Assembly (NCBI GenBank): GCA_963727775.1
Contig: CAVSHB010000001.1
Coordinates: 544,001-608,000 of the forward strand
Direction of reading: 5' to 3'
Length of the DNA: 64,000 nucleotides
DNA from: an uncultured Nitrospiraceae bacterium
Lineage (GTDB): Bacteria; Nitrospirota; Thermodesulfovibrionia; Thermodesulfovibrionales; SM23-35
Part shown: positions 1-11,982 of the stretch, piece by piece
Layout: each line of letters begins with the position of its first letter
Position numbering within the stretch: position 1 is the first letter of the stretch
The notes under the pieces: generated by a model
Databases searched by the model: none
The model's input: only the letters and a program-made list of their open reading frames with translations
Told to the model about the DNA's origin: nothing
Position numbers and translations under genes: made by a program

Positions 1-1
1 T

Positions 2-304
2 CTGGAAATTATGGAGAAAATATATGCATTGCCTTACTTGCCTGAAGAAATCATATATTTGAAAAAGAGGGCATTTGCCTGGGCCCATCTTTTTAAGGCG
101 CAGGAATATATTGATATAAAGAAGCCTTGGTTTGCGCGATGGCATGCTTTTAAAGCACTCCTACTGAATAAAGACGTTTGCTTGAAACGAGGTGTAGAGT
201 TGTTTATTCAAGCCGCATTAAACAAAACGATATTTGAACGAATGAGACTAATAAAAAAGTTGATAATGGGATGGCGAAAACCAAGCAAAGATAGTACGAC
301 TTAG
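2..304 (+). CDS. C-terminal part of a probable glycosyltransferase (5' end outside window)
   Basis: Frame is open from the window edge; helical C-terminal region typical of GT2 tails; assignment rests mainly on context. Confidence 0.45.
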   Translation: MEIMEKIYALPYLPEEIIYLKKRAFAWAHLFKAQEYIDIKKPWFARWHAFKALLLNKDVCLKRGVELFIQAALNKTIFERMRLIKKLIMGWRKPSKDSTT

Positions 305-365
305 AATCTGGACTTATGTTTTACATTTAATGATCTTGCAAAGTTGCAGAACGTAACATGAAAAT

Positions 366-1505
366 ATGAAATTAGCTTACGTAACTACCTACGATTCATC
401 TGACATACATATGTGGTCTGGATTAGGCTATCATATTCATAAGGCATTGCAGGAATGCGGATTTCAAACAGAATGCATTGGAAATCTTCGGGTTCCACGC
501 AGTTTAATATTAAAGGTGAAGAGACTTTTCTATGCGAAAATATTATCTAAAACATATTTTCTTGATAGAGAACCAGCAATTCTTAAATCTTACGCTTCCC
601 AAGTAGAGAATTCTCTTTTATTCACTAAGTGCGATATGATTTTTAGTCCTGGAACGATCCCCATTGCATATTTGTGTGCCAACAAGCCAATAATTTTTTG
701 GACAGATGCAACCTTTGCTGGAATGATTAATTTTTATCCCAGCTTCAGTAATCTCTGTGCTGAAACTATCAAGAATGGAAACAAAATGGAACAATTAGCC
801 TTATCAAAGTGCCGCCTTGCAATTTATAGTTCCGACTGGGCTGCTAATACAGCAATACAAAACTATGATGTCGATCCTGCAAAAGTAAAAGTAGTGCCAT
901 TTGGCGCAAATATTGATTGCAAGCGCAATATTACCGATGTTCGGAGCATTATTGAAGGCAAAGAATTCAGCGTCTGCAAACTATTGTTTATTGGTGTTGA
1001 CTGGGTAAGGAAAGGTGGAAATCTGGCCTTAAAGATAGCCGAAAGACTTAATGCTCAAGGACTATACACCGAGTTGCACGTAGTTGGATGTGCTCCACCA
1101 TTTAATGTGCCTAATTTCGTTAGGCTCCACGGTTTCTTATCGAAAAGGACCGAACAGGGGAGGAAGCATCTATCGCAATTGTTTGCTCAATCTCACTTTC
1201 TTATTTTACCTTCTCGCGCAGACTGTGTTCCGGTAGTATTAGCAGAAGCATGCTCTTTTGGACTTCCTTCATTAGTCACAGATATAGGCGGTATTTCAAC
1301 TGCGATTAGGAATGGTATAAATGGAAAAATATTTGCAGTTGAAGAAGGCCCGGATAGATATTGTGAATATATTGCAGCACTGATGACTTCAAAACAAGAC
1401 TATCAACATTTGGCCTTATCTTCCTTCAAGGAATATAGTGATAGATTAAATTGGTCAGCGGCAGGGAAAAGGGTACAAGAATTGATTTATGAGTTTTGCA
1501 TTTAA
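366..1505 (+). CDS. Glycosyltransferase family 4
   Basis: LLFIGVDWVRKGG and LILPSRADCVPVVLAEACSFGLP (D/E-x7-E) GT-B motifs. Confidence 0.9.
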   Translation: MKLAYVTTYDSSDIHMWSGLGYHIHKALQECGFQTECIGNLRVPRSLILKVKRLFYAKILSKTYFLDREPAILKSYASQVENSLLFTKCDMIFSPGTIPIAYLCANKPIIFWTDATFAGMINFYPSFSNLCAETIKNGNKMEQLALSKCRLAIYSSDWAANTAIQNYDVDPAKVKVVPFGANIDCKRNITDVRSIIEGKEFSVCKLLFIGVDWVRKGGNLALKIAERLNAQGLYTELHVVGCAPPFNVPNFVRLHGFLSKRTEQGRKHLSQLFAQSHFLILPSRADCVPVVLAEACSFGLPSLVTDIGGISTAIRNGINGKIFAVEEGPDRYCEYIAALMTSKQDYQHLALSSFKEYSDRLNWSAAGKRVQELIYEFCI

Positions 1506-1577
1506 CACGGGAGTAATAGTGTTTTATTTTTAAAGTTTAGGAAGTTCTTATGGTTTATTAAATTTCTGTGTAGATCT

Positions 1578-2285
1578 ATGATGAGCAGCATAATTAGAAC
1601 GCTCAAGAGTATTTATCATGTCTTTGTACCTTTATCAATAAGACAATCAAGATTGGCCTTAAGGATCAACTGGTTCATTTGCAAATACCGCCTCGGGCAT
1701 AATGCAATCTATGACTCTGATTACTACTCGAGTATTATCGAAGGTCCAGCAGTGCGCAGTGCCGAAGCTATCTCGGAGTCAATTCTGTGCGACCTTCGGC
1801 CTAAGACTGTTGTGGATGTGGGCTGTGGCACGGGGGCACTTCTCGAAGCATTGCGAAGAAATGGCTGTCAGGTTTTTGGACTTGAGTATTCCGATACCGC
1901 CCTGCGATATTGCCACATGCGAGGACTTGATGTTCGGAAGTTTAATCTCGAAAAGGATACTCTTTCGACTGATCGGACGTTTGATGTCGTAATCAGCATG
2001 GAAGTCGCGGAGCATCTTCCCGAGAAGATAGCAGGGCGTTATGTGGATTTACTTGCTAGATTGTCAAGTGTGATCGTGTTCACAGCGGCGCCACCTGGCC
2101 AAGGAGGACGCGATCACGTTAACGAACAACCTCCGTCATATTGGATCTCTAAATTCCAGGCTTTAGGTTTCACATATGATAAAGGACTGTCAGAACAATG
2201 GCGTGAAAACTGGCGCGATAGGGCTGTTGTGGCCTTCTGGTATTACCAGAATCTGCTGATTTTTCGACGGATACAAGAGATTTAA
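1578..2285 (+). CDS. Class I SAM-dependent methyltransferase
   Basis: VVDVGCGTG motif I; FDVVISMEVAEHL; PGQGGRDHVNEQ. Confidence 0.9.
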   Translation: MMSSIIRTLKSIYHVFVPLSIRQSRLALRINWFICKYRLGHNAIYDSDYYSSIIEGPAVRSAEAISESILCDLRPKTVVDVGCGTGALLEALRRNGCQVFGLEYSDTALRYCHMRGLDVRKFNLEKDTLSTDRTFDVVISMEVAEHLPEKIAGRYVDLLARLSSVIVFTAAPPGQGGRDHVNEQPPSYWISKFQALGFTYDKGLSEQWRENWRDRAVVAFWYYQNLLIFRRIQEI

Positions 2286-2387
2286 TTTGATAAGGGACTG
2301 AGGTAAGAATGTTTTGTAAAGCAGTGTAGTAGACACGTTATTAAGTTTTAGTAATTCAACGTTGGGACAGTAATGTATTCGTGTATG

Positions 2388-3328
2388 ATTAAAATATACA
2401 GTAAAGCAATATTCGGAAGAGGTACGGGGCTTGGAAACAGGCTTTTCCCATGGGCTCGGTGCAGAATATTTTCCCATATACACAACACAAAGATGATTTC
2501 TCCCATTTGGTTCAGACTCGCAATAGGACAATTCTTTCGGGGGGGGATTGATTATAGAAGCTATTTGAGGCAGTTAGTATTACTGGGACTGTTCAAAAAA
2601 AAAGATGGAGACCTCGGTATAATTGAAGGCTCCTTAATTTCGAGGAGAGCAAAAATATTGGCTGAACCCGCAGATTTGTATTCAAAGGATTTTAAAACAG
2701 TAAATAATAGATATGGGATGAAAATAATATTTACAGGCTGGAAGAAGTTCTTTGAACCTCTGAATGGATGGCATGGTTTTCTCCTTAATGAACTTCGTGC
2801 AATCACCCGCAAGAAATATCTGGATTTGGTCGATTCAATAGAAAATATTCCTGTTGGTATATGCGTTAGATGCGGGAATGACTTTAAAGAACGGGCAATT
2901 ATAACTATGAACCAATTGGTCCTTTAGATAAAACTCCTGTTAAGTGGTTTAAGGAATCACTCGATCTTATACGACAAGCTGCTGGTTATCCTGCAAAGGC
3001 ATTTGTTGTTTCAGACGGAACCGAAGAACAATTAAAGGAATTGCTTGAAATGGACAAAGTGACTTTTGTCAGGCCTGGATCGGCTATAAGTGATTTACTC
3101 ATATTGTCGAAGTCAAAAGTGCTGCTTGCGCCTGGATCGAGTTCATTTGCAGCCTGGGGATGCTTTTTGGGACAGATGCCGAGCATATCGCATCCGGGAC
3201 AGCCGTTATCATCCATCTGGAGGATAAAAAATGAAAGCGGACAATTTATCGGGGAATTTAATCCATTAAACCCTTCCGAGGAGTTCCTGGGGCAGGCGGC
3301 AGTAGCATTAAAGAATGCTTACATATAA
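2388..3328 (+). CDS. Alpha-1,2-fucosyltransferase-like (GT11) protein, split by a frameshift near 2890
   Basis: GLGNRLF N-terminal motif and GICVRCGND (HxRxGD-like); downstream frame continues with FVVSDG and DLLILSKSK..SSFAAWG. Confidence 0.65.
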
Positions 3329-3356
3329 GATGAGATTTTTGTACAGCTAAGAAAAA

Positions 3357-4460
3357 ATGACAATGCATAAGTCGCCAATAAAAATTCTATTTAATGTTTT
3401 TGCAAATGAAGACAGCGTTAATGCTCAGAGTCTGAATGCTCGCGAAATAGCCCTGAGATTAAATCCGGAACGATATGAGGGTACTTTTTTTTTGTCCAAA
3501 GGTATAGAACCTGATGCACGATTAAGAAATAAAAGCAATATCCATTTTGTAATATTGCCACGCAGACTCGGGTCTCTGGTCATTGCAATGGAAATGCTCT
3601 GGGGACAGCAAGATGTTCTTTTTTATCCTGAGGCGAATAATAGGGCAAGCCGCATATTCTGGGTGCTGAAAGCTATTGGAAGGAAGAAAAAAGTGATCGT
3701 GAATATTGAAGCTTCATTAGATCAGCTGCATTCGATACCTGAGTTTGAAGTAAAGCGTTATCTGAAGAATGTTCGTGCTGCCGATTATTGTTTTTCAATA
3801 ACACCCTTTATTTCAGACTCATTTAGAGATAAATACGGTATCAACAGCAGGATTATTCCTGTAGGGGTAAATTTGGATATCTTCAAAAACGTAGACCGGA
3901 CAAACCATGAATTACCAGTAAGGGTTTTATTCGTCGGATCAATTCAGCCTCGAAAGCAGACACACTTAATACTCGACCTGGCAGATAAATTGAGGAAAGA
4001 ACAAGTTGAATTTAACATAATCGGGCCTGTAATAAGTCAGCATTCATATAAGCAAAATTTATTGTTGGAAAAAGAACATAGAAAATTAGAGAATGTTTTT
4101 TTTCATGATGCAATGGTTCAGAAAGAGATATATGAATGGATGAGGAAAAGTGATGTATTTATTCTTCCTTCCCGGGCAGAAGGTTTTGGCAAAGTTACTC
4201 TGGAAGCCGCAGCAACCGGTTTGCCCTGCATAGTTTTCAATGACTATCACACTACCGCGGTAATTGACAATGTAACAGGATTTCAAGTGAAAACATTTGA
4301 TGAAATGACGGACCGTTTGAAATTGCTTATTGATGACAAAGACCTAAGGATAAAAATGGGTGCAGCGGCTGTGGAACATGCTAAGAAGTTCGACTGGGAT
4401 ATTATTGCAAAGAAATGGGAAGAAGTTTTTGAAGAGGCTGTTAAAATGAAAAACATATGA
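3357..4460 (+). CDS. Glycosyltransferase family 4
   Basis: LFVGSIQPRK; FILPSRAEGFGKVTLEAAATGLP. Confidence 0.9.
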   Translation: MTMHKSPIKILFNVFANEDSVNAQSLNAREIALRLNPERYEGTFFLSKGIEPDARLRNKSNIHFVILPRRLGSLVIAMEMLWGQQDVLFYPEANNRASRIFWVLKAIGRKKKVIVNIEASLDQLHSIPEFEVKRYLKNVRAADYCFSITPFISDSFRDKYGINSRIIPVGVNLDIFKNVDRTNHELPVRVLFVGSIQPRKQTHLILDLADKLRKEQVEFNIIGPVISQHSYKQNLLLEKEHRKLENVFFHDAMVQKEIYEWMRKSDVFILPSRAEGFGKVTLEAAATGLPCIVFNDYHTTAVIDNVTGFQVKTFDEMTDRLKLLIDDKDLRIKMGAAAVEHAKKFDWDIIAKKWEEVFEEAVKMKNI

Positions 4461-4496
4461 TTGTTCTCAGTTGTTTTGTGAGCTGACTAATAAAAA

Positions 4497-5414
4497 ATGG
4501 TATCTGTAGTAATTGTCAATTATAACCGGCGTGATGACTTGCGCGAAGCACTATTATCTGTCAAAAAACAAGATTGTGAAAACATAGAAATTATCGTAGT
4601 CGATAATGCCTCAAAGGATGGATCACGGGACATGCTGGTGGAAGAATTCCCGGAAGTTGCTGTGATGGCGCTTCAAGAAAACATCGGGATGGATGGATAC
4701 TCTGTTGGCTTTCGACAGGCGAAAGGGGAATTCGTTTTTCAGATGGATAATGATTCTCTAATGCCTGATAAGAATGTGATCACTGAGGTACTCAGGCGTT
4801 TCACGGAAGGTCCTGACGAACTTGCAGTAGTTGCAACCAGAGTCGAGGAATTCAATCATGAGAAAGACAATATAGAAATCCTTCGGCTCAAGGACAATAG
4901 GGTTGGTCCCATAAACACTGGCGGGTTTCACAGTGGTGGTGTTGGATTCCGCCGGAAACATCTTGATCAGGTCGGTTACTATAACCGTGATGTTTTTCTA
5001 TACGGCTCCGAGTTGTTTCTTCAAATGAAATTCCTTGCGGCAGGTTATAAGGTATTCTATTATCCGGAAATTCTGGTGCTGCATAAATCTTCCACGGTTT
5101 CCCGTTCTGCGCAGGGAGTCTATTATGAAGTAAGAAACAGATACTGGTTTCTGCGCTGCTTTGCGTTGCCACAGCAGCAGGCGCGGGTGTTACCGTTAAT
5201 GCTTCTGCGTGATTTCTTTTATGCGGCATATAAAAGATCATTGATAGTCTTTGTGAAAGCTGTCTTAGACGGGTTGGGGCGTCTTCCTGACTCCATTCGG
5301 CCAATTCATTCATCTTATGAGGACTTTAAGTCCAAATTGGATGAGTTCGGCGCTGGCTTCAGCATTCGCGCATTGACAAAGAGAATTACTGCTGCCATAA
5401 GAGAAAGAAACTAA
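4497..5414 (+). CDS. Glycosyltransferase family 2
   Basis: VSVVIVNYN, IIVVDNASKDGS, DxD-like MDND. Confidence 0.9.
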   Translation: MVSVVIVNYNRRDDLREALLSVKKQDCENIEIIVVDNASKDGSRDMLVEEFPEVAVMALQENIGMDGYSVGFRQAKGEFVFQMDNDSLMPDKNVITEVLRRFTEGPDELAVVATRVEEFNHEKDNIEILRLKDNRVGPINTGGFHSGGVGFRRKHLDQVGYYNRDVFLYGSELFLQMKFLAAGYKVFYYPEILVLHKSSTVSRSAQGVYYEVRNRYWFLRCFALPQQQARVLPLMLLRDFFYAAYKRSLIVFVKAVLDGLGRLPDSIRPIHSSYEDFKSKLDEFGAGFSIRALTKRITAAIRERN

Positions 5415-7273
5415 TGAGCATTAAGGTCTTGTTGCTGGACGAGAGTTGCGACATTAACACTCTGTTACCTGAAATCCATGTATGTTATAACATGGTAGTT
5501 TGCCTATTTTGGGCTGCCCCGGCTACTAAGGAGAAAGTTGAGAAATTGACAGGGGGCAAATGTGTATCTATGAAAGAAATCCTCAGAGATGCGGAACAAT
5601 ACGAACTGAAAGTGTATGCGATAGTTCGAAAGATATGCGAAGGTGGTCCAAAATATGAGGGATTACCATGGAGATTCGAGTTGGCCGGACAACTATATCA
5701 GGAATGTGAACAGGTAATTGCAATTGCATCGGCTCTTGATATTCTTTTTGCTGTTCATCAACAGCATCGTTTTGACAGAGTAGAAGTTGATTATGTTCTG
5801 AGGGCGCAGAATGAAATATTTCTGAAGATGTTATATGCAGCCTCTGGTGAACCGACTGCCATTGTTTTTCGAGTACTTGCCGGCGAGTATCACATCGCTG
5901 CGTTAAGTTCCGGCAAGCCCTCTCTGCTCAAAAGGATCATTCGTCAATTTAGCAATGCGCTTGTTACCGGTAACTGGTACGCTCAACTATGGTTTGTAAT
6001 TGAAAAGATTGACAGCAGATATGAGAAAAGATGTAAATGGAATGTCCCTCGACATTCAGTAAAAATATCCGCGGGTGGAGCAACCTTTTTCTCTTCCTAC
6101 CTCAATAACAGTCGTGTTTTACTGGGGTATGAGAAGGCGATGCCGTTTCGCGTGAGATGGCTTGTCAACAATTATTATGCTTATAAAGGTGTTTCGCCTG
6201 ATTCTAAAACTGCAATAGAATGGCTTTGGCAATATTCATCTAAGCTATTTACGCTGGTGGAGGACCAAGAGAATATATCTCAAGGAAAAGAAGGTGTGAG
6301 TGTGGAAGAGGTTTTTCGGGCATGGTTGGCTAAAAGCAGCATTTGGCATACGTGGAGGAAAGTACGCTTGCCTTCCATGTGTAACCTTACAGATTGCTGG
6401 GACCGTTATCTTGAACTGGTCAAACCCAAGATAATTGTGGTGGCTAATCAGTGGGGCGTCGAGGGATGGTTTACCCGGATCGCAAGAGGACGAGGGATGC
6501 CTGTTGTTCAGGTGATGCACGGCGTGCTTGGAGGTTACTTCCATACGAAGACACCGATCATTTCCGATTCATTTGTTGTTCCGGGCGAATTTTGGAAAAA
6601 CTTGTGGCCGGAAGACCAGAGGGGAAAAATCATTGTCTTTAATCCCGACGGCTTTATAAAGCAAATACGACGGGAGAGCAGCTATTCAAAACGGAGACTC
6701 ACATTTTTTTCATGGCCTTTAACTCAAACCCCTTTCTATAACTTCCCGGAATTCATAGATGGATTTATTCGAATTTTTCAAAAGATATTGTCTTCCAAGA
6801 ATTATGAAATATGTATTCGCGCTCATCCCCTTGAGAACCCATCTGATTTTGTCAATAGGTGGAAGAGATTATATGGCGCTTTGCCCCACGGATTATCTAT
6901 TGAAAGCGGCAAAAAAGGCTCTTTGGATGATGTTCTCAGAAGGACGGATATTGCTCTTATGTTCCGATCAACTGTGATGTTAAATTGCCTTTCCAACGGT
7001 ATCCCAACAATCATGCCCGGATGGATTGACTTCGGGTGGAGGAAAGAGTTGCTGCAGAATGTGCATGGACTTTATGTGGCAAGAGACTTTAAGGACCTTG
7101 AGGAAATTCTGATAGGATGGCTCGATTCTCCTCCAAAGATTGATAGTGATACTGCAAGGTTTTTTATCAGACCGGCAGGGGAGGGTGAAAGTGAGTTTCG
7201 CACCATGGTGAATGATCTGGCGGCGAGTGAACTGAGTGTCCGACAATGCTTTACCGGCACGGTCAGTGGATGA
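5414..7273 (+). CDS. Capsule/polysaccharide biosynthesis protein with GT-B-like C-terminus (sialyltransferase-like or CDP-polyol transferase-like)
   Basis: VVQVMHG, IRAHPLE and STVMLNCLSNGIP resemble QHG / K-x-HP / ST-x-x-x-E motifs of GT-B capsule proteins. Confidence 0.5.
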   Translation: MSIKVLLLDESCDINTLLPEIHVCYNMVVCLFWAAPATKEKVEKLTGGKCVSMKEILRDAEQYELKVYAIVRKICEGGPKYEGLPWRFELAGQLYQECEQVIAIASALDILFAVHQQHRFDRVEVDYVLRAQNEIFLKMLYAASGEPTAIVFRVLAGEYHIAALSSGKPSLLKRIIRQFSNALVTGNWYAQLWFVIEKIDSRYEKRCKWNVPRHSVKISAGGATFFSSYLNNSRVLLGYEKAMPFRVRWLVNNYYAYKGVSPDSKTAIEWLWQYSSKLFTLVEDQENISQGKEGVSVEEVFRAWLAKSSIWHTWRKVRLPSMCNLTDCWDRYLELVKPKIIVVANQWGVEGWFTRIARGRGMPVVQVMHGVLGGYFHTKTPIISDSFVVPGEFWKNLWPEDQRGKIIVFNPDGFIKQIRRESSYSKRRLTFFSWPLTQTPFYNFPEFIDGFIRIFQKILSSKNYEICIRAHPLENPSDFVNRWKRLYGALPHGLSIESGKKGSLDDVLRRTDIALMFRSTVMLNCLSNGIPTIMPGWIDFGWRKELLQNVHGLYVARDFKDLEEILIGWLDSPPKIDSDTARFFIRPAGEGESEFRTMVNDLAASELSVRQCFTGTVSG

Positions 7274-8489
7274 GAATTCTTGTTATAACGCCTGTCTATC
7301 CGCATTCCGGTAATGAGATCGAAGGTCTGTTTAACGAACAGCATGCACTTGCAATGAGGGAACTGGGAGTTAAAATAACCGTAGTTCTCTGTAAACCATG
7401 GATTCCAGGCTGGATGGCAGGTATGGTTGCCCGCTATAAAAATCTGAAAGGATTGCCTCGCAGGGATGAAAGGAACGGGATAGAGATCCTCTATGCAAGA
7501 TATCTCCATGTCCCTCAATATCGGTTTATCAGAAGTACTGTTTCTTCCTGCGCGCGTGCCATTTTGAAAACGCTCAGGCGTTATGGAAGAACAACATTTG
7601 ATATAATTCAGGTCCACAGTGTCTGGCCTGATGGTCTTTCCGCTCCAACTGTGTCGAGAATTTTGGGCATACCTTTCGTTGTGACAGCGCATATTGAAGA
7701 TGATTCCGAGCTTTATACCTCCCCGGTCGGACACAGACTTTACAAAGTAATGTTTGAACAGGCATCAAAGATTGTTGTGGTCGGCAGCCCACTTGAAAAA
7801 TTCATGCGTAAAATTGTGCCTTCTTTCCCCGCTAATAAACTTGTAACAATTCCAAATGGTATAGATATAAAGCTTATTGACAGGATGATCCATGAACACA
7901 CGCATCGTCCCAATGGAGTCGTCTCTCTAATAAGTGTATGCAATCTCTGGAAGGTAAAGGGGATAGATATGAACCTCCATGCTTTGGCCGATTATATAGA
8001 AAAGGGGTTCGTTCGTGGAATTATACGATCGTAGGAGATGGTCCGGAGAGACATGCGTTAGAACAATTAGCGGGAGAGCTTGGCATTGGAGAGAAAGTTC
8101 TTTTTTCAGGTCGACTATTGCATGAAGAAGCGCTTCAAAAAATCATAGAAGCGGATATTTTCAGTATGCCGTCGCGAAGTGAATCTTTTGGGCTCGTATT
8201 TCTGGAAGCGATGGCATGTGGAAAGCCGGTTATCGGGTGTTTCGAAACAGGCGCCGAGGATTTGATCTTGCATAACAAGACCGGTATCCTGGTTCCGAAA
8301 GAGGACATCGAAAGTCTGTCCGCTGCGCTCGAATGTCTGATGACAAATGTGTCATGGTCAAAAGACCTCGGTGAAGCCGGACGGAAACGTGCTGAGGAAT
8401 TTAGCTGGAAAATTTCAGCGTTCAAATATCTTGAACTTTATCGAACAATAATAGAATCGAAAAACAGGAATGGATTCCTCCCACACTGA
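7270..8489 (+). CDS. Glycosyltransferase family 4, split by a frameshift near 8005
   Basis: MRILVITPVYP N-terminus; second frame has IVGDGPER and MPSRSESFGLVFLEAMACGKP; shift lies at a G run (AAAAGGGG). Confidence 0.85.
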
Positions 8490-8491
8490 AA

Positions 8492-9399
8492 ATGAGTAAC
8501 TCCCCGGAATCGATTGCTCAAGAATATTATGCTTTGCTGAGAAGAGAGATCATAGATGGGAATCCTTATCTTGATAATCAAGAGCAATCGATATTACAGA
8601 AATTTTATCCTGTAATGATGAACTCAAAACGATATGCCGTAAAGTCAGTTTCTGATATTTATGTTAATCGACGTTCACATGCCGTGCAAGCCATTTTAAA
8701 GACAGATACCCCGATTGTTTTTGATGCGGGATGCGGATTTGGGTCTGAAAGTTTTTTATTTGCAAGTTCAGGCGCAAAAGTTTTATCCGTTGACCGGTCG
8801 TCCGACCAAATTGCCATAGCGAAGAAGCGACAGCATTACTATGAGGAAATTTTCGGCAAAGAACTGGACATCTCTTTTGTGATCGCCGATCTTGAAGAGT
8901 ACGTCCCGGATACTAATAATATTTCCCTTACCTGGCTGGCATCCGTTCTGGCAGCGATCAGGGACCAGAATGATTTTCTCAAGCGCATTTATAAAGCAAC
9001 AAGGGAGGGCGGCAAAGTTATTATCACGGATATGAACCTTCTGAATCCCGCATTCCTCTGGAATGAATGGAGAAGGCGGAAGGAGTGCCAAAGGTTGATA
9101 GTTCGGAATTTGCCCGGCATGCAAACTTCTGGAAGATGTTCAGGCGAAAAGACAGGGTTGGTGCGAGGTATTTTATGCGCAACGGAGGAGGACATTTTGA
9201 TGATGTGCAATTTTTTTCAGAGTATACCTTATCAAGGCTTTTGAAAAATGCAGGGTTTAAACCTATACAAATATCATTTAGCGGGTTTATTCCTCCACTT
9301 TGTGTAACAAACGCAATCTCTTTTCTTGAGAAGACTTTTTCGAAGATGCCATTAATACAGTCATTCGGATATTTCTACCTCCTTGTCGGGATAAAGTAA
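8492..9399 (+). CDS. Class I SAM-dependent methyltransferase, frameshift near 9090
   Basis: VFDAGCGFG motif; second frame gives typical C-terminus LSRLLKNAGF..FGYFYLLVGIK. Confidence 0.75.
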
Positions 9400-9435
9400 T
9401 GATGAAGGTTAGGTAATGGACAAGGAATACAGAAG

Positions 9436-10747
9436 ATGATTCAACTGCTTGTATTGCTTATTATCGCATTGGTATGCTTTGTCATACCCATAAATCTTTT
9501 AATCATTTTTAGCGTAGTCGGCGTGATGCTGGCAGATACCAGGCTTGTCCCGGGAGATATCATTTATTATAGTCGTTTTGTACCGATCGGCATATTGGCT
9601 TCCAGAGTTTTATTGGCATTGTTTATGAAGAGGTCAGCGGAAAAAATTGATTTCAGCATGGTAAAGACATGGATACCTTTCCTGTTATTCGCGTCTGTCT
9701 CGGTAGTATATTCATTAGAACCGTCGATGAGCATCCAGCGCGTTTTCTCTGCATGGTTAGTTATGATCGGGTTTGGGATCGGAATACCATTATTCTTCCG
9801 GACTACAGAGGATTTGCATCGCATTGTTGTATTATTTTCTTTTTTCATGGGTGGCGCTATACTTTATTCCTATCACTCGATGCCTTCAGGACAATACGCG
9901 ATGCTTGGCGCACAGGAGTACGAGAGGTTTGCCGGTATTTTCAGGAATCCCAACACGATGGGGCTCCTGGCGATGCAGGCAATTTTCCCTTTGATGTATT
10001 TGTGGAAAAAAGAAAAGAAAAGGGCTATTCGGAATATTTTGTTTCTAATATCGATATTGGTCGGAGCTGCTATTATGATTTCGGGCTCGAGGGCAGCGGC
10101 ACTGGGATTTTTGACAGGTTTAATGGTTTTTTTATGGGGCAACAGCAAAATACAACATAAAACAATGTCTACATTTTTTATGGCGAATGTTTATTTTTGG
10201 CAAGCATATATGTGATAGTGGGATATTTTTTCCCGGAATATGCAGGCAGTCTTTTTCGGTCCGGCACAGCCGGTCGTACTGGGATAGTTGAGCATGAATG
10301 GGAGCTTGCGCAAGAAGTCTCCATTTTTGGGGGTTGGTTTTGGCGGGAGTGACGGATTATATATGAGGGACGCATGGAGAATGAGGATGCAGGGTATATA
10401 TGTTGCCGGGTTCTCATAACTCTTATATGCGATTGCTTGTAGAGTTGGGATTTGCAGGACTTTTGATGGCTTTGTTCTCTTTTGCAAAAGTAATCGGGCG
10501 TTCTATAAAATACCTTCGCCGGTTTGAAGACCCGGAAATGGGTATCTTTTTACTTGCTGTTGTTGTCGCAAGCCTTGTGAATTCGATATTCGAATCATGG
10601 CTTTTCGGTTTTGGAAACTCTTCCACTATACCTTTCTGGCTGTTTTTGTCGATGCTGTATTATCAGATAGATAAGGCAATAATGATAACACCTGATTTAA
10701 GCCTTTCAAGATCATCAATGCCGAATAACATCGGCAAGCCGTTTTAA
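9436..10747 (+). CDS. O-antigen ligase / Wzy polymerase family membrane protein, frameshifted around 10180-10400
   Basis: Multiple hydrophobic segments; RFAGIFRNPNTMG, SGSRAA, HNSYMRLLVELGFAG (Wzy_C motifs). Confidence 0.8.
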
Positions 10748-10819
10748 AAAGAGTCTCTAAATTATAGTTTATAAACAGACTCTCTATAGACACTAAATAT
10801 AAGATAAATTCCTCTGCGT

Positions 10820-11953
10820 ATGTTCAAAGTTGCATTGATAACTAATATACTGGCGCATTACCGTCTACCCTGTTTTATTCGGCTTTTTGAAAAGCAGGAG
10901 AAAAAAATTAATTTCTTTTTTCTTACAAAGGAAATGCCTCACAGGGATTATGTTTTCTCCAGTGAACAGCCGACTTTTCCCGCCTTTTGGCTTAAAGGAT
11001 GGCGATGGCGCATGCCTCCGTATGATGACAGGCATCTGAACGATATCAGACCATTCCTGAAAGGGAGGTATGACATAGTGATTATGGGCGGATGGGATGA
11101 GCCTACATATTTGTTGACCTGGTTAATATATAACATCACCGGGAAAAAGATTTTATTTTGGATAGAATCCACTGCCTATGAGAGCCTGCGCTCGGGAATT
11201 AGGGAAATATATAAGAAGTTTTTGCTAAAGCATGCAGCGGGCTGCATTGTGCCGGGGACGCGGTCTTATGAATATTGCCTGCAATTGGGGATGGCAAAAG
11301 AACGTATATTCATTGCTCCAAATGCGACAGACCGTGAATATTTCAGCCTTATGGCGAGACGGCTTGTCCCGACCAGACAAAATATTAGGGCAGAGCTTGG
11401 CTTGAAAGGACCGGTAATTCTTTTTGTAGGAAGGCTTGTTGAGGAGCATAAGAACGTATCCGTCTTGATCAAGTCATTCGGCAATCTTTCTCACGCTACA
11501 GCTGACATCAGCCTGTTGATAGCCGGTGAAGGACCGGACAGATTAAGATATGAATCATTTGTGAGAGGACAAGGCATTACCGGGGTCCGTTTCCTCGGGA
11601 AATTAGCGCACGATCAACTTTGCCGTATTTATACGTCCGCTGATATTTTGGTTTTGCCGAGTAAATGGGAACCGTGGGGTTTTGTATTAAACGAAGGAAT
11701 GGAATTCGGTTTGCCATTGGTTGTTTCAAATGCAGTCGGCGCCGGTCCTGACTTGGTCCGCGAGGGCAAAAACGGATTTGTTTTTCCTGCGGGGAATGTA
11801 GATGCATTGTCAGAAATACTCTCTATCCTAATCCGTGATGAACCTCTCCGCGCGCGGATGGGAAAATCATCTATGAAGATAATAGAGGAATATTCTCCGG
11901 AAAACTGGGCCGAAGGAGTTATGAAGGCCATAAGCACGGTCACAAAGACATGA
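10820..11953 (+). CDS. Glycosyltransferase family 4
   Basis: LFVGRL; VLPSKWEPWGFVLNEGMEFGLP. Confidence 0.9.
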   Translation: MFKVALITNILAHYRLPCFIRLFEKQEKKINFFFLTKEMPHRDYVFSSEQPTFPAFWLKGWRWRMPPYDDRHLNDIRPFLKGRYDIVIMGGWDEPTYLLTWLIYNITGKKILFWIESTAYESLRSGIREIYKKFLLKHAAGCIVPGTRSYEYCLQLGMAKERIFIAPNATDREYFSLMARRLVPTRQNIRAELGLKGPVILFVGRLVEEHKNVSVLIKSFGNLSHATADISLLIAGEGPDRLRYESFVRGQGITGVRFLGKLAHDQLCRIYTSADILVLPSKWEPWGFVLNEGMEFGLPLVVSNAVGAGPDLVREGKNGFVFPAGNVDALSEILSILIRDEPLRARMGKSSMKIIEEYSPENWAEGVMKAISTVTKT

Positions 11954-11982
11954 TGTAGGCTTATGATAGCCTTAATTTTTTA

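Noticed and set aside
7072..7734. 220-aa antisense ORF and the many other short overlapping ORFs
   Set aside because: They overlap well-supported genes and lack motifs or RBS
10748..10790. AGAGTCT..AGACTCT inverted repeat as a terminator
   Set aside because: Short stem, long AT-rich loop and no U-tract
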